This document shows, piece by piece, positions 41,739 through 54,587 of a stretch of DNA of 54,853 bases. The notes below the pieces were generated by a model. The model did no database searches. It worked only from the letters and a program-made list of their open reading frames with translations, and was not told the origin of the DNA. The position numbers were made by a program, and so were the translations under genes. Where the stretch lies: the NCBI GenBank assembly GCA_045542755.1, contig JAZQLP010000096.1, forward strand, positions 1-54,853, given 5' to 3'. How positions within the stretch are numbered: position 1 is the first letter of the stretch; every line of letters starts with the position of its first letter. The stretch comes from Eubacteriales bacterium. GTDB lineage: Bacteria > Bacillota > Clostridia > Oscillospirales > UBA644.

Positions 41739-43292
41739 TTAGTGCTTAAAGTGACGCATGCCGGTAAATACCATTGCAATACCGTATTCGTTACACTTCT
41801 TAATGGAATCCTCGTCTCTGATGGATCCACCGGGCTGGATGATTGCGGTGATGCCTGCCTTGTGTGCGGCTTCAACACAGTCGTCGAAGGGGAAGAATGC
41901 GTCGGATGCAAGAACTGCGCCTACGGTAGCATCTTCTGCAATAAGCTCTTTTGCGTGTTCAACAGACTGCTGGGTTGCCCATACGCGGTTTACCTGGCCG
42001 GGGCCGATACCCACGGTAGAAAGGTCCTTTGCAAGGGCGATACCGTTGGACTTAACGAACTTACATACCTTCCAAGCGAAGAGAAGGTCTTCCATTTCCT
42101 TTTCGGTGGGAGCTCTGTCGGTAACAACCTTCAGCTCCTGATCCTCGGGAAGAAGCTTTGCGTCGATAGTCTGAACGATAAGACCGCCGTTTACCTTCTT
42201 TATATCAAGAGTGTCTTCGGGAGCTCTCTTGGTAATGTCGGGAAGGGCGAGGATACGAACGTTGGGCTTTTGCTTGAAGAGTTCAAGTGCCTCTTCTTCG
42301 TAAGCGGGAGCAACAACTACTTCGAGGAATATTTTAACCATCTTTTCGGCCATAGCCTTGGTAACGGTTCTGTTTGCGGTAACGATGCCGCCGAAGATGG
42401 AAACCTTGTCTGCGGCAAAGGCCTTATCCCAAGCCTCTTCGATAGTATCTGCGGAGCCTACGCCGCAGGGGTTACCGTGCTTGCAGGCAACTACGGTGGG
42501 CTGGTCGAATTCCTTAAGGAGCTCGAGAGCGCCGTTGGTGTCGTTTATGTTATTGAAGGACAGTTCCTTACCGTTAAGCTGCTCTGCATCTGCAAGAGAT
42601 CCGTATCTGTGAGCAACGTCTCTGTAGAATGCGGCCTGCTGATGGGGATTTTCACCGTATCTCATGCCCTGAACCTTTTCAAAGGTGAGGGTGAGGGATT
42701 CGGGCAGGGGAGATTTGCCAAGCTGCTTTCTCAGATAGTCGGCAATAAGAGCGTCGTATGCTGCGGTATGTTCAAATACCTTAAGAGCGAGTTCCTTCTT
42801 GGTCTGAAGGGTTATTTCCGTTTTTGCTTCCTCTGCAACTCTTGCGTAGTCGGCAGGGTCAACAATAACTGCAACGTCGGGGTGATTCTTTGCTGCTGCG
42901 CGGAGCATGGTGGGGCCGCCGATGTCTATGTTTTCGATGGCGGTTTCAAAGTCGCAGCCTTCCTTCATAATGGTAGCCTTGAAGGGGTAGAGGTTGATGG
43001 CAACGATATCAATGGTATCAATGCCAAGCTCCTTAAGCTGCTGCATATGTTCGGGCTTGCTTCTCATAGCAAGTACGCCTGCGTGAATTGCGGGGTGAAG
43101 AGTCTTTACTCTACCGTCAAGACACTCGGGGAATCCTGTGATGTCGCTGACCTCAATAGCTTTTATGCCATTGTCGATAAGGGTCTTGGCCGTTCCTCCC
43201 GTGGATATGATTTCATATCCGCAAGCTTCCAGCGCGCGTGCAAATTCCACGATTCCGGTCTTATCGGAAACGCTTATTAACGCTCTTTTCAT
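41739..43292 (-). CDS. purH: AICAR transformylase/IMP cyclohydrolase
   Basis: [43 protein letters not shown]. Confidence 0.98.
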   Translation of the reverse strand: MKRALISVSDKTGIVEFARALEACGYEIISTGGTAKTLIDNGIKAIEVSDITGFPECLDGRVKTLHPAIHAGVLAMRSKPEHMQQLKELGIDTIDIVAINLYPFKATIMKEGCDFETAIENIDIGGPTMLRAAAKNHPDVAVIVDPADYARVAEEAKTEITLQTKKELALKVFEHTAAYDALIADYLRKQLGKSPLPESLTLTFEKVQGMRYGENPHQQAAFYRDVAHRYGSLADAEQLNGKELSFNNINDTNGALELLKEFDQPTVVACKHGNPCGVGSADTIEEAWDKAFAADKVSIFGGIVTANRTVTKAMAEKMVKIFLEVVVAPAYEEEALELFKQKPNVRILALPDITKRAPEDTLDIKKVNGGLIVQTIDAKLLPEDQELKVVTDRAPTEKEMEDLLFAWKVCKFVKSNGIALAKDLSTVGIGPGQVNRVWATQQSVEHAKELIAEDATVGAVLASDAFFPFDDCVEAAHKAGITAIIQPGGSIRDEDSIKKCNEYGIAMVFTGMRHFKH

Positions 43293-43455
43293 AGGGATCG
43301 TCCTTTCGAAAATGAAATTTTAATGAACTATTTTAGAGACAAATTTTTGTAAAAAACGCTATCGTTAAAATTACCAAAATCAGGGCGAATTAAAAGCCGT
43401 AAAATGTGCAAAACGCTGAAAATGATTTTTGTGAAAAATATTTTTTGCGTGACGC

Positions 43456-43484
43456 TTGACTTTTTATATTTATTATGGTATACT
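43456..43484 (+). promoter_or_regulatory. Sigma-A promoter of rpoBC
   Basis: TTGACT-17-TGnTATACT. Confidence 0.75.
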
Positions 43485-43611
43485 CTTAAACTGCACCGAT
43501 TTTGGCTCCGAAAAACCTATCGCATTGAAAAAAGTTGAATGGTTCAAGGCTTTTTTGAATGTGAGAGAGGATTTTTCAGATCCATTTTAACGTCGTTTTG
43601 GTTGATACGAT

Positions 43612-43640
43612 ATTATAACACACTTCAAACCAAAAATCAA
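43612..43640 (-). promoter_or_regulatory. Antisense sigma-A promoter within rpoB leader
   Basis: TTGATT (43640-43635)-17-TGTGnTATAAT (43617-43612). Confidence 0.65.
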
Positions 43641-43712
43641 TGCCTTTGAGGCAAAATTACCGACAATGTTACAAAACACCTTAAAATAAAAAAAGAAACG
43701 GAGATGCATAGC

Positions 43713-46700
43713 ATGATGGTAAAAGTCGATCCCTCTCTTATCGGCGGCCGCTTTGAAAAGCTGGGCGACAGCGAGAGAGTCAACTGCGCGAGAAAGCGTG
43801 ACATTCTGGATATCCCCAATATGATAAATATCCAGCTCGACTCCTACAAGTGGTTTCTTGAAGAGGGCATGAAGGCCGTTCTGGTGGATTCTTCCAACGT
43901 GACCGATCATACCGGAACCATTACCCTTGACTACGTCGATTTCACTATCGACAAAAAGCCCAAATACTCCATCGAAGAGTGTAAGGAAAGAGATGCCACC
44001 TATTCCGCACCCCTCAGAGTTACCTGCCGTCTGACCAACAACACAACCAATCAGATCCAGGAACAGAATATATTCTTCGGCGATTTCCCCCTGATGACCG
44101 ACACCGGTACCTTTATTATAAACGGTGCTGAACGTGTCGTTGTTTCTCAGTTGGTAAGATCCCCCGGTATCTACTTCTTCTACGACAGAGATAAGGGCGG
44201 TAACAAGCTTTTCGCCGGTACCGTAATGCCCAACAGAGGTCCCTGGGTAGAATTTGAGAGCGACGCATCCGACGTTGTTTACGTTCGTGTGGACAAGGGA
44301 AAGAAGTTCCCCGTAACCACCCTGGTTCGTGCTTTCGGTATTGAAACCGACGAACAGATAAAGGAAACCTTCGGCGCTTCCGCACAGGTTCTTGCTACCC
44401 TCGAAAAGGATAACGCAACCAACCGTTCCTCTGCTCTTGTAGACCTTTATAAGAAGCTCCGTCCCGGAGAGCCCGCTACCGTTGAAAGCGCTATCTCCCA
44501 TATAGACAACCTCTTCTTTAACGAACGTACCTACGACCTTACCCGTGTAGGCCGCTATAAATATAATAAGAAGCTTGCCCTTTCCGGCCGTATAGTAAAT
44601 AAGAAGCTTTCCCGCCCCGTTGCTGATCCCCTTTCGGGTGAAGTTCTGGGTGAGATCGGCCAGATAGTAGACTATGCCCTTGCAAGAAAATTCGAGGACG
44701 CAGGCGTAAGAGAAGTATATCTTAACGTTGAAGAGCAGGAAATCCGCGTATTCTCCAACGGTATGGTAGATATGCAGAACTTCGTTTCCTTCAACGTAAA
44801 AGAAGCAGGCGTAAACGAATGGGTTAAGTTCTCCGTTCTTTGCGAAATTCTTGAAAAGGCAAACGGCGACGAAAAGGCAGTTCTTGAAATGACCAAGGAA
44901 CGTCTCCACGAGCTCATTCCTATGACCATTCAGAACGAAGACCTCTTCGCTTCCATCAACTACCTCTTCGGTCTTTACAGTGGCCTCGGCACCACCGACG
45001 ACATCGACCACCTGGGTAACAGACGTATCCGTTCCGTAGGCGAACTCCTTCAGAACCAGATGCGTATCGGCTTCTCCAGAATGGAACGTTCCATTAAAGA
45101 ACGTATGAATATGCAGAACCTTGAGGTTGTAACTCCTCAGGCTCTTCTCAATACCAGACCCGTAAGCGCTGCAATCAGAGAGTTCTTTGGTTCTTCACCC
45201 CTTTCTCAGTTTATGGACCAGCCCAACCCCCTTGCAGGCCTTACCCACAAGAGAAGACTTTCAGCCCTCGGTCCCGGCGGTCTTACCCGTGACAGAGCAG
45301 GCTTCGACGTTCGTGACGTACACTACACCCACTATGGCCGTATGTGTCCCGTTGAAACTCCTGAAGGTCCTAACATCGGTCTTATTTCCTACCTTGCAGG
45401 TTTTGCAAGAATCAACGAATACGGATTTATCGAAGCTCCCTACCGTAAGGTAGATAAGGAAACCGGTAAGATCCTTGACGAAATCGAATATATGACCGCC
45501 GACGTAGAGGACAACTACTACGTTGCGCAGGCTAACGAGCCCATTGACGAAAACGGTTGCTTTGCAAGAAAGAGAGTTGCAGCCCGTTTCCGTGAGGCTA
45601 TAATTGAAATAGAACGCGAGAGAATCGACTATATCGACGTCTCTCCCCGTATGGTAATCTCCGTTGCTACCGCACTCATCCCCTTCCTTGCAAACGACGA
45701 CGCGTCCCGTGCCCTCATGGGTGCGAACATGCAGCGTCAGGCAGTTCCCCTTATCAGAACCGAGGCTCCTATCGTCGGTACCGGTATGGAATACAGAGCA
45801 GCTATTGACGCAGGCGTATGCGTAGTTGCAAAGAGAGACGGTGTTGTTACGTCTATGGACGGCACCGAGGTTATAGTTAAGACCGACAGCGGTGAAGAGG
45901 ACGTTTACAAGATTACCAAGTTCCTTCGCTCCAACCAGGGTACCTGTTTCAACCAGAAGACCCTCGTTAACAAGGGCGACCGTATCCACGCAGGTCAGGT
46001 AATTGCTGACGGTCCTTCCACCGACCACGGCGAACTCTCCCTTGGCCGTAACGTTCTTATCGGCTTCATGACCTGGGAAGGTTACAACTACGAGGACGCG
46101 GTTCTTCTTAATGAAAAGCTCGTTAAAGAAGATACCTTCACCTCTATCCATATTGAAGAATACGAAATCGATGCAAAGGAAACCAAGCTTGGGCCTGAAG
46201 AAATCACTGCTGATATTCCCGGCGTAAGCAAGGACCTTCTTGCAGACCTTGACGAAAACGGTATCATCAGAATCGGTGCCGAGGTTCGTGCAGGTGACTA
46301 TCTGGTAGGCCGCGTTTCTCCCAAGGGCGACACCGAGCAGACCAGTGAAGAAAGACTTCTCCGCGCCATCTTCGGCGAAAAGTCCAGAGAAGTAAGAGAT
46401 ACCTCCCTTAAGGTTCCCCACGGTGAATCCGGTATTGTCGTTGACGTAAAGGTATTCACCCGTGAAAACTCCAACGAGCTTTCTCCCTCTACCAATATGA
46501 TAGTACGCGTATACATTGCGCAGAAGAGAAAGATCTCCGTTGGTGACAAGATGGCGGGCCGTCACGGTAACAAGGGTGTCGTATCCCGTATACTTCCCCA
46601 GGAAGATATGCCTTATCTGCCCGATGGCACACCCCTTGATATCGTTCTTAATCCTCTGGGCGTTCCTTCCCGTATGAACATCGGTCAGGTGCTCGAGGTA

Positions 46701-47441
46701 CATCTCGGTTACGCTGCAAAGGCTCTCGGTTGGAAGGTTATGACTCCCGCATTCGACGGCTTTAAAGAGTCTGACATTACCAAGTGTCTTGAACTTGCAG
46801 GCTACGATAAAGACGGTAAGACCGTTCTTTACGACGGTAGAACCGGTCTTCCCTTCGACGGCAGAGTTACCGTTGGTTACATGTATTATCTCAAGCTCAA
46901 CCACCTTGTTGACGATAAGATTCACGCACGTTCCACCGGTCCTTACTCCCTCGTTACACAGCAGCCTCTGGGCGGTAAAGCTCAGTTCGGCGGCCAGCGT
47001 TTCGGAGAAATGGAAGTTTGGGCTCTCGAGGCATACGGTGCTGCTTATACCCTTCAGGAAATGCTCACCGTTAAGAGTGACGACGTTGTCGGCCGTGTAA
47101 GAACCTTCGAGTCCATTGTAAAGGGCAAGAACGTTCCCAAGCCCAGAATCCCCGAATCCTTTAAGGTTCTTGTAAAAGAACTTCAGGCGCTCAGCCTTGA
47201 CGTAAAGGTTCTCGCTAAGGACAATAAGGAAATCGATATTTCCACCTCCCTTGAGGAAGAAGAGGAAGTATTCGAGCCCGAGAACGAAGACGTAACCTCC
47301 ATCATCAGTGAGGGCGACGGCTTTGCAGAGGGCGACCTCGACGGCTTCGGCGAGGACGAGGAATTCGTTATGGAAGATACCGACATCTTCTTTGAAGACG
47401 AATTTGAAGAAACCAAATCCGACGATATAATGGATTATTAA
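43713..47441 (+). CDS. rpoB: RNA polymerase beta subunit
   Basis: [36 protein letters not shown]. Start may be 43704, 43713 or 43716. Confidence 0.98.
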   Translation: MMVKVDPSLIGGRFEKLGDSERVNCARKRDILDIPNMINIQLDSYKWFLEEGMKAVLVDSSNVTDHTGTITLDYVDFTIDKKPKYSIEECKERDATYSAPLRVTCRLTNNTTNQIQEQNIFFGDFPLMTDTGTFIINGAERVVVSQLVRSPGIYFFYDRDKGGNKLFAGTVMPNRGPWVEFESDASDVVYVRVDKGKKFPVTTLVRAFGIETDEQIKETFGASAQVLATLEKDNATNRSSALVDLYKKLRPGEPATVESAISHIDNLFFNERTYDLTRVGRYKYNKKLALSGRIVNKKLSRPVADPLSGEVLGEIGQIVDYALARKFEDAGVREVYLNVEEQEIRVFSNGMVDMQNFVSFNVKEAGVNEWVKFSVLCEILEKANGDEKAVLEMTKERLHELIPMTIQNEDLFASINYLFGLYSGLGTTDDIDHLGNRRIRSVGELLQNQMRIGFSRMERSIKERMNMQNLEVVTPQALLNTRPVSAAIREFFGSSPLSQFMDQPNPLAGLTHKRRLSALGPGGLTRDRAGFDVRDVHYTHYGRMCPVETPEGPNIGLISYLAGFARINEYGFIEAPYRKVDKETGKILDEIEYMTADVEDNYYVAQANEPIDENGCFARKRVAARFREAIIEIERERIDYIDVSPRMVISVATALIPFLANDDASRALMGANMQRQAVPLIRTEAPIVGTGMEYRAAIDAGVCVVAKRDGVVTSMDGTEVIVKTDSGEEDVYKITKFLRSNQGTCFNQKTLVNKGDRIHAGQVIADGPSTDHGELSLGRNVLIGFMTWEGYNYEDAVLLNEKLVKEDTFTSIHIEEYEIDAKETKLGPEEITADIPGVSKDLLADLDENGIIRIGAEVRAGDYLVGRVSPKGDTEQTSEERLLRAIFGEKSREVRDTSLKVPHGESGIVVDVKVFTRENSNELSPSTNMIVRVYIAQKRKISVGDKMAGRHGNKGVVSRILPQEDMPYLPDGTPLDIVLNPLGVPSRMNIGQVLEVHLGYAAKALGWKVMTPAFDGFKESDITKCLELAGYDKDGKTVLYDGRTGLPFDGRVTVGYMYYLKLNHLVDDKIHARSTGPYSLVTQQPLGGKAQFGGQRFGEMEVWALEAYGAAYTLQEMLTVKSDDVVGRVRTFESIVKGKNVPKPRIPESFKVLVKELQALSLDVKVLAKDNKEIDISTSLEEEEEVFEPENEDVTSIISEGDGFAEGDLDGFGEDEEFVMEDTDIFFEDEFEETKSDDIMDY

Positions 47442-47456
47442 TAGAGGAGGACGCTA

Positions 47457-50400
47457 ATGAATACAGAAGAAATCATGAACACTGTCGTTGATGAAGCGGC
47501 AGAAGAAGTTGTTGAAATTGCTCCTCAGAAGGAATTCAACGTATTTGAATCTATCCAGATCGGCCTTGCTTCCCCCGAGAAGATCCTTTCCTGGTCTCAC
47601 GGTGAGGTTAAGAAGCCCGAAACTATAAACTACAGAACTCTCAAGCCCGAAAGAGAAGGTCTTTTCTGCGAAAAGATCTTTGGACCTATGAAGGACTGGG
47701 AGTGCCACTGCGGAAAGTATAAGAGATACAGACATAAGGGCAAGGTTTGTGAACGCTGCGGCGTTGAAATAACCAAGGCCAAGGTAAGAAGAGAAAGAAT
47801 GGGTCATATCGAGCTTGCAGCTCCCGTTTCCCATATCTGGTACTTCAAGGGTATTCCTTCCCGTATGGGTCAGATTCTGGATATCCCTCCCCGTCAGCTT
47901 GAGTCCGTTCTTTACTTCGGTTGCTATATAGTTACCGATGCAGGTGATACCGACCTTAAGCAGAAGCAGATTCTTACCGAAACCGAATATAACGAAAAGA
48001 GAGAACTTTACGGCGATTCCTTCCAGGCAGGTATGGGTGCTGAATCCATTAAGAAGCTCCTTGCTGAAGTTGACGTAGAGGCTCTTTCCGAAGAACTCAA
48101 GAAGGAACTCGTTGACGCTACCGGTCAGAAGAGAGCTAAGCTCATCAAGAGATTGGAAGTTGTTGAATCCTTCAGAGTCTCCGGCAACCGTCCCGAATGG
48201 ATGGTTCTTGACGTTATCCCTGTAATTCCCCCGGATATCCGTCCTATGGTACAGTTGGACGGCGGTAGATTTGCTACCTCCGACCTTAACGACCTTTACA
48301 GAAGAGTTATAAACAGAAACAACCGTCTTAAGAAGCTTCTTGAGCTCCGCGCTCCCGCTATCATTATCAGAAACGAAAAGAGAATGCTTCAGGAAGCGGT
48401 TGACGCCCTCATAGACAACGGCCGCCGCGGTAAGCCCGTAAACGGTCCCTCTAACAGAGCCCTCAAGTCCCTCTCCGAGGTACTCAAGGGTAAGCAGGGT
48501 CGTTTCCGTCAGAACCTTCTCGGTAAGCGTGTTGACTATTCCGGCCGTTCCGTTATCGTTGTAGGACCCGAGCTGAAGATCTATCAGTGCGGTCTTCCCA
48601 AGGAAATGGCTATCGAGCTCTTCAAGCCTTTCGTTATGAAGCAGCTCACCGAAAAGGGTATCGTACAGAACATCAAATCCGCTAAGAAGATGGTTGACAG
48701 AGGCGAAGGCCCCGTTTGGGACGCTCTTGAAACCGTTATTAAGGAATACCCCGTACTTCTTAACCGTGCTCCCACACTTCACCGTCTGGGTATTCAGGCT
48801 TTCGAGCCCGTTCTGGTTGAGGGTAGAGCTCTCCGTCTGCACCCCCTTGTTTGTACCGCGTTTAACGCCGACTTCGACGGTGACCAGATGGCAGTTCACG
48901 TACCCCTTTCCGCAGAAGCACAGGCAGAAGCACGTTTCCTGATGCTTTCCGCAGCAAACCTTCTTCGTCCTCAGGACGGTAAGCCCGTTACCGTTCCTAC
49001 CCAGGATATGATCCTCGGCTCCTACTATCTTACTATCGTTAAGAAGATCCCCGAAGCCGAGAGAAAGATATTCAAGGACTTTGACGAGGCAATTCTCGCT
49101 TACGACGCAGGCGTTATCGGTATTCACGACCAGATTTACGTAAGAGTGTCCGGCGAAATGAACGGCGAAAGACTCACCAAGAGAATTGAAGCTACCGTTG
49201 GTCAGATAATATTCAACAGACCCGTTCCTCAGAACCTCGGCTTTGTTGACCGTACCGACCCCGACAGCTATTTCGACCTTGAGGTTTCTCAGCCTGTTAC
49301 CAAGAAAGTACTTGGCGACATTATTAACAAGTGTATCAGAGCTAACGGTATTACCAAAACCGCAGAGGTTCTTGACAATATCAAGGCTCAGGGTTATAAG
49401 TATTCTACCCTTGGCGCTATCACCATCTCCGTGGCTGATATGACCATTCCTCAGGCAAAATACGACCTTATCGACGAGGCTGACCAGAAGGTTGAAGTGC
49501 TTAACAAGCAGTTCAGAAGAGGTCTTCTCTCCGAAGAGGAAAGATATTCCAAGGTCGTTGAACTCTGGAACAATACCACCGCGGCAGTTACCGCTAAGCT
49601 TGCAACCAGCCTTGACGAGCTCAACCCCGTTAAGATGATGCAGGTATCCGGTGCCCGTGGTTCTATGGACCAGATCCGTCAGCTTTGCGGTATGCGTGGA
49701 CTTATGGCCAGCGCAACCGGTCAGACCATTGACGTTCCTATCAGAGCTAACTTCCGTGAAGGCCTTAACATTCTTGAGTACTTCATTTCTTCCCGTGGTG
49801 CACGTAAAGGTCAGGCCGATACGGCTCTCCGTACCGCCGACTCCGGTTACCTTACCAGACGTCTTGTTGACGTTTCTCAGGACGTTATTATCCGTGAGGA
49901 CGATTGCGGCGCTACCACAGGTATCGTTGTTTCCGAAATCGCAGAGGGCGATGAAAAGATCGAAAGCTTTGCATCCCGTCTGTGGGGCCGTTATCCCGTT
50001 TCCGACATCGTTGATCCCAAGACCGGCGAAGTTCTGGCAACCAAGGATACCCTCCTCCGCGATAAGGAAGTTTCCAAGATCGTTAAAGCAGGCATTACTT
50101 CTGCCGAGCTCCGTTCCGTTCTTGCTTGTACCTGCCGTTACGGTGTATGTTCCAAGTGTTACGGTGCAAACCTTGCTACCGGCGAGCTTGTTAACGTTGG
50201 TGAAGCCGTAGGTATTATCGCTGCTCAGTCCATCGGTGAACCCGGTACACAGCTTACCATGAGAACCTTCCATACCGGTGGTGTTGCTTCCGGTTCAGAT
50301 ATTACACAGGGTCTTCCCAGAGTTCAGGAACTTTTCGAAGCCCGCAGACCCAAGGTTCTCTCCATTCTTTCCGAAGGCGACGGCGAACTCCGTTTCCAGG

Positions 50401-51050
50401 AAATCAAGCACGCTCGTTACGCAGTTATCTTTAATAAGGAAACCAACGAAGAAAAGAGCTATCTCGTACCCTACGGCGCTAAGCTTAAGGTAAAAGAAGG
50501 CGACTTTATCAAGAAGGGCGACGCTCTCACTTCCGGTGCTGCAGATCCCCAGGATATACTCCGCGTTAAGTCCGAAGCGGCTGTTCAGGAATATATCATT
50601 GAGGAAATCCAGAAGGTTTACCACAGACAGGGCGTTGATATCAACGACAAGCACGTTGAAATCATCATCCGTCAGATGCTCAAGAAGGTAAGAGTTACCG
50701 ACAGCGGCTCTACCGAACACCTCGTTGGTACCGTTCTTGACAGAGGAGAAGTTTACGAGATCAACAGAAATCTCGCTAAGCAGGCCGCAGAAGAGGGCAC
50801 CGAATACAAGCCCATCTGCTTCGACCCCATTCTTCTCGGTATTACCAAGGCTGCTCTTGCAACCGAAAGCTTCTTGTCCGCTGCATCCTTCCAGGAGACC
50901 ACAAGAATCCTTACCGATGCTGCAATCAAGGGCAAGACCGATATGCTTATCGGCCTTAAAGAGAACGTTATTATCGGTAAGCTCATCCCTGCCAGTACCG
51001 GTCTTGAAAGATACAGAAACGTTGAAGTTAGCGATAACTTGGACGACTGA
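47457..51050 (+). CDS. rpoC: RNA polymerase beta' subunit
   Basis: NADFDGD, zinc-finger [23 protein letters not shown]. Confidence 0.99.
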   Translation: MNTEEIMNTVVDEAAEEVVEIAPQKEFNVFESIQIGLASPEKILSWSHGEVKKPETINYRTLKPEREGLFCEKIFGPMKDWECHCGKYKRYRHKGKVCERCGVEITKAKVRRERMGHIELAAPVSHIWYFKGIPSRMGQILDIPPRQLESVLYFGCYIVTDAGDTDLKQKQILTETEYNEKRELYGDSFQAGMGAESIKKLLAEVDVEALSEELKKELVDATGQKRAKLIKRLEVVESFRVSGNRPEWMVLDVIPVIPPDIRPMVQLDGGRFATSDLNDLYRRVINRNNRLKKLLELRAPAIIIRNEKRMLQEAVDALIDNGRRGKPVNGPSNRALKSLSEVLKGKQGRFRQNLLGKRVDYSGRSVIVVGPELKIYQCGLPKEMAIELFKPFVMKQLTEKGIVQNIKSAKKMVDRGEGPVWDALETVIKEYPVLLNRAPTLHRLGIQAFEPVLVEGRALRLHPLVCTAFNADFDGDQMAVHVPLSAEAQAEARFLMLSAANLLRPQDGKPVTVPTQDMILGSYYLTIVKKIPEAERKIFKDFDEAILAYDAGVIGIHDQIYVRVSGEMNGERLTKRIEATVGQIIFNRPVPQNLGFVDRTDPDSYFDLEVSQPVTKKVLGDIINKCIRANGITKTAEVLDNIKAQGYKYSTLGAITISVADMTIPQAKYDLIDEADQKVEVLNKQFRRGLLSEEERYSKVVELWNNTTAAVTAKLATSLDELNPVKMMQVSGARGSMDQIRQLCGMRGLMASATGQTIDVPIRANFREGLNILEYFISSRGARKGQADTALRTADSGYLTRRLVDVSQDVIIREDDCGATTGIVVSEIAEGDEKIESFASRLWGRYPVSDIVDPKTGEVLATKDTLLRDKEVSKIVKAGITSAELRSVLACTCRYGVCSKCYGANLATGELVNVGEAVGIIAAQSIGEPGTQLTMRTFHTGGVASGSDITQGLPRVQELFEARRPKVLSILSEGDGELRFQEIKHARYAVIFNKETNEEKSYLVPYGAKLKVKEGDFIKKGDALTSGAADPQDILRVKSEAAVQEYIIEEIQKVYHRQGVDINDKHVEIIIRQMLKKVRVTDSGSTEHLVGTVLDRGEVYEINRNLAKQAAEEGTEYKPICFDPILLGITKAALATESFLSAASFQETTRILTDAAIKGKTDMLIGLKENVIIGKLIPASTGLERYRNVEVSDNLDD

Positions 51051-51072
51051 GTCTAATCATGGCATAAAAAAC

Positions 51073-51110
51073 ACCCCGTCGCAAGATATTGCGACGGGGT
51101 TATTATTTGT
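51073..51110 (+). terminator. Terminator after rpoC
   Basis: ACCCCGTCGCAA/TTGCGACGGGGT then TATTATTTGT. Confidence 0.8.
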
Positions 51111-51246
51111 GTAGCACACTAAAGTATGGCACGCACTTTTTTGGAATTTATAGGGAAAAATGGGCATTGAAGAGTAAAAAAATGCCTCTTCGCCAAAATG
51201 TTGAATTTGTATCACAAAAAGTTCACCCTTCAAATCTTTAAAACCC

Positions 51247-51275
51247 TTGAAATTATCGGATAATTATGATATAAT
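51247..51275 (+). promoter_or_regulatory. Sigma-A promoter of str operon
   Basis: TTGAAA-17-TGnTATAAT. Confidence 0.8.
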
Positions 51276-51307
51276 CATGGTGCTAAATTTGCGAAAGGAG
51301 GAATATT

Positions 51308-51730
51308 ATGCCCACTTTTAACCAGCTCGTAAGAAAAGGTAGACAGACTGCTGTTGAAAAGTCTATAGCACCTGCTCTTCAGAAGAGTATCAACACTCTT
51401 ACCAAGAAGACCGTTGCTCAGTCTTGCCCTCAGAAGAGAGGCGTTTGTACGACTGTTAAGACTCAGAACCCCAAGAAGCCTAACTCGGCTCTCCGTAAGG
51501 TTGCAAGAGTTCGTCTGACCAATCTTGCCGAAGTAACCGCTTATATCCCCGGTATCGGTCATAACCTTCAGGAGCACAGTGTCGTTCTCATCAGAGGCGG
51601 CCGTGTTAGAGACCTTCCTGGTGTACGTTACCACATCATAAGAGGTACTTTGGATGCTCAGGGCGTTAACGGCAGACTTCAGGGAAGATCCAAGTATGGC
51701 GCTAAGAGACCCAAGGCAGGCAAGAAGTAA
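51308..51730 (+). CDS. rpsL: 30S ribosomal protein S12
   Basis: [17 protein letters not shown]. Confidence 0.99.
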   Translation: MPTFNQLVRKGRQTAVEKSIAPALQKSINTLTKKTVAQSCPQKRGVCTTVKTQNPKKPNSALRKVARVRLTNLAEVTAYIPGIGHNLQEHSVVLIRGGRVRDLPGVRYHIIRGTLDAQGVNGRLQGRSKYGAKRPKAGKK

Positions 51731-51913
51731 GACCGTCCGTCTATAAAGGACAAACTGTGCTTAGAAAAGAATATGCGTTATACGTTTTTGCGTATGAATT
51801 TATATATATAAAATCCTACTCAAAGCGTTTAACGGAAGAATTACTTTCGAGTACCTATGAAATCATATTGCGCACGGAAAAATCCGTGTAGCCTAATGAA
51901 GGAGGGAAGATAA

Positions 51914-52384
51914 ATGCCTAGAAGAGGTAATATCGCTAAAAGAGACGTACTGCCCGATCCTATTTATAACAGCAAGCTTGTTTCCAAGCTCATAAATAGC
52001 ATCATGTACGATGGTAAAAAAGGTGTTGCTCAGAAGATCGTTTACGATGCATTCGAAATCGTAAAGGTTAAGACCGGAAAAGAGCCTCTGGAAGTTTACG
52101 AACAGGCTATGGAAAACATTATGCCTGTACTTGAAGTTAAGGCTCGCCGTGTAGGTGGTTCTAACTATCAGGTTCCTATGGAAGTTAGACCCGACAGAAG
52201 AATCGCTCTTGGTCTTCGTTGGCTCACTTTGTTTGCAAGAAAGAGAAGCGAAAAGACTATGAAAGAAAGACTTGCAAACGAAATTCTCGACGCTGTTAAC
52301 AATCAGGGCGGCGCCGTTAAAAAGAAGGAAGACACCCACAAGATGGCAGAAGCAAACAAGGCTTTCGCACACTTCAAGTGGTAA
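51914..52384 (+). CDS. rpsG: 30S ribosomal protein S7
   Basis: [26 protein letters not shown]. Confidence 0.99.
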   Translation: MPRRGNIAKRDVLPDPIYNSKLVSKLINSIMYDGKKGVAQKIVYDAFEIVKVKTGKEPLEVYEQAMENIMPVLEVKARRVGGSNYQVPMEVRPDRRIALGLRWLTLFARKRSEKTMKERLANEILDAVNNQGGAVKKKEDTHKMAEANKAFAHFKW

Positions 52385-52457
52385 GTTTCCCATTTCTCCT
52401 GTCTTCGGCGGCCTGAAGACCGCCGCATGACTCAATTTTTGAAAGGAAGAAACTGAT

Positions 52458-54536
52458 ATGCCCAGAGAGTATGCTCTTGAAAAATACAGAAATATCGGTA
52501 TAATGGCACATATCGACGCAGGTAAGACTACTACTACCGAGCGTATTCTGTTCTATACCGGTAAGACTCATAAGCTGGGCGAGACGCATGAAGGTGCTGC
52601 CACCATGGACTACATGGCACAGGAGCAGGAGAGAGGTATTACTATTACCTCCGCAGCTACCACCGCTATGTGGAAAGACCACCGCATCACCATTATAGAC
52701 ACCCCCGGCCACGTTGACTTCACCGTTGAAGTTGAACGTTCCCTCAGAGTTCTTGACGGTGCTGTCACCGTTCTCTGTGCAAAGGGTGGCGTTGAGCCTC
52801 AGTCTGAAACCGTTTGGCGTCAGGCTGATGAGTATAAAGTTCCCCGTATGGTATACGTTAACAAGATGGACATCTTGGGTGCCAACTTCTACAGAGTTGT
52901 TGACATGATGAAGTCCAGACTTAAGTGTAATGCCGTTCCTCTCCAGCTTCCCATCGGTGCTGAAGATACATTCCGCGGTCTTGTAGACCTTATCGAAATG
53001 AAGGCTTACTACTACCTTGACGACAAGGGAACCAACATTGAAGTTACTGAAGTTCCTGAAGATATGAAGGAACAGGCAGAAGAATACCGCACCGCTATTA
53101 TCGAAGCTGTTTCCGAATTTGATGATTCCATCATGGAAAAGTACTTCGAAGGCGAAGAAATCAGCGAAGCTGAAATCAAGGCTTGTATCCGTAAGGCTAC
53201 TATTGCTAACAAGATGGTTCCTGTTTTCTGCGGCACATCCTATAAGAACAAGGGTGTTCAGAAGCTCCTCGACGCTGTTGTCGACTATATGCCTTCTCCC
53301 CTTGACATACCCGCTATTAAGGGTACTTCCGTAGACGGCGATGAAGAACTCGAAAGACATTCTTCCGATGACGAACCCTTCGCCGCTCTCGCATTCAAGA
53401 TCGTTACCGACCCCTTCGTTGGTAAGCTTTGCTTCTTCCGTGTTTACTCCGGTAAGCTCAGCACCGGCGCTACTGTTATGAACAGCTCCAAGCGCAGCAA
53501 GGAAAGACTCGGCCGTATCATAAGAATGCACGCTAACCACCGTGAGGACATTACTGAGATTTGCGCAGGCGACATCGTTGCTGCCGTAGGTCTTAAGAAC
53601 GTTACCACCGGTGACTCCCTCTGTGATGAAAAGGATCCCGTAATCCTCGAATCCATGGTATTCCCCGAGCCCGTTATTAGAGTTGCTATCGAACCCAAGA
53701 CCAAGGCTGGTCAGGAAAAGATGGGCATCGCTCTTCAGAAGCTTGCAGAGGAAGACCCCACATTCAAGGCTTATACCGACCAGGAAACCGGTCAGACCAT
53801 CATTGCAGGTATGGGCGAACTTCACCTCGAAATTATCGTAGACAGACTTCTCCGTGAATTCAAGGTTGAAGCTAACGTAGGTAAACCCCAGGTTGCTTAC
53901 AAAGAAACCATTCGTAAGACTGTTGACCAAGAGTGCAAATACGCTCGTCAGTCTGGTGGTAAGGGTCAGTACGGTCACGTTAAGATCACTATTGAACCCA
54001 ACGAACCCGGCAAGGGATACGAATTCGTTAACAGAGTTGTCGGCGGTGCTATTCCCAAGGAATACATTCCCGCTGTTGACGCCGGTATTAAGGGCGCAAT
54101 GCTCAACGGTGTCGTTGCAGGTTACAACGTTGTTGACGTAAAGGTTTACCTTAACGACGGTTCTTACCACGAAGTCGACTCTTCTGAAATGGCGTTCAAG
54201 ATTGCCGGTTCTATGGCATTCAAGGATGCTATGAAGAAGGCAGACCCTGCTCTTACCGAGCCTATCATGAAGGTTGCCGTTACCGCTCCCGAGGAATACC
54301 TTGGCGACGTTATCGGTGATATCAACTCCAGAAGAGGCCAGATTCAGGGTATGGAAACTGATAACGGCGTAAGCCGTGTAGACAGCTTCGTTCCTCTTTC
54401 CGAAATGTTCGGTTACGTTAACGACCTCCGTTCTAAGACTCAGGGTCGTGGCGTTTACGTTATGGAACCCAGCCACTACGCAGAAGTTCCCAAGTCCATC
54501 CAGGATAAGATAGTTGCCGGTAAAAAGGCTGACTAA
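52458..54536 (+). CDS. fusA: Elongation factor G
   Basis: [23 protein letters not shown]. Confidence 0.99.
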   Translation: MPREYALEKYRNIGIMAHIDAGKTTTTERILFYTGKTHKLGETHEGAATMDYMAQEQERGITITSAATTAMWKDHRITIIDTPGHVDFTVEVERSLRVLDGAVTVLCAKGGVEPQSETVWRQADEYKVPRMVYVNKMDILGANFYRVVDMMKSRLKCNAVPLQLPIGAEDTFRGLVDLIEMKAYYYLDDKGTNIEVTEVPEDMKEQAEEYRTAIIEAVSEFDDSIMEKYFEGEEISEAEIKACIRKATIANKMVPVFCGTSYKNKGVQKLLDAVVDYMPSPLDIPAIKGTSVDGDEELERHSSDDEPFAALAFKIVTDPFVGKLCFFRVYSGKLSTGATVMNSSKRSKERLGRIIRMHANHREDITEICAGDIVAAVGLKNVTTGDSLCDEKDPVILESMVFPEPVIRVAIEPKTKAGQEKMGIALQKLAEEDPTFKAYTDQETGQTIIAGMGELHLEIIVDRLLREFKVEANVGKPQVAYKETIRKTVDQECKYARQSGGKGQYGHVKITIEPNEPGKGYEFVNRVVGGAIPKEYIPAVDAGIKGAMLNGVVAGYNVVDVKVYLNDGSYHEVDSSEMAFKIAGSMAFKDAMKKADPALTEPIMKVAVTAPEEYLGDVIGDINSRRGQIQGMETDNGVSRVDSFVPLSEMFGYVNDLRSKTQGRGVYVMEPSHYAEVPKSIQDKIVAGKKAD

Positions 54537-54587
54537 CATTATAAACAATAAATAATTTTTAATCAACTTTAAGGAGGAAATTTTCCA

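Noticed and set aside
43293-43605. ZTP (pfl) or purine riboswitch upstream of purH
   Set aside because: Characteristic conserved segments not seen; region is AT-rich.
45180-45290. Rifampicin-resistance substitutions in RpoB
   Set aside because: Key Q513, D516, H526 and S531 equivalents are intact; other differences look lineage-typical.
47454-50273. 939-aa antisense ORF over rpoC (also 52374-54842, 45261-46925, 43587-45011, 41673-43280)
   Set aside because: In codon register with highly expressed sense genes that avoid TTA/CTA/TCA, so antisense stops are absent; no recognisable protein motifs.
51051-51307. L7Ae-like (ybxF) gene before rpsL
   Set aside because: No suitable ORF; only a terminator and a promoter.
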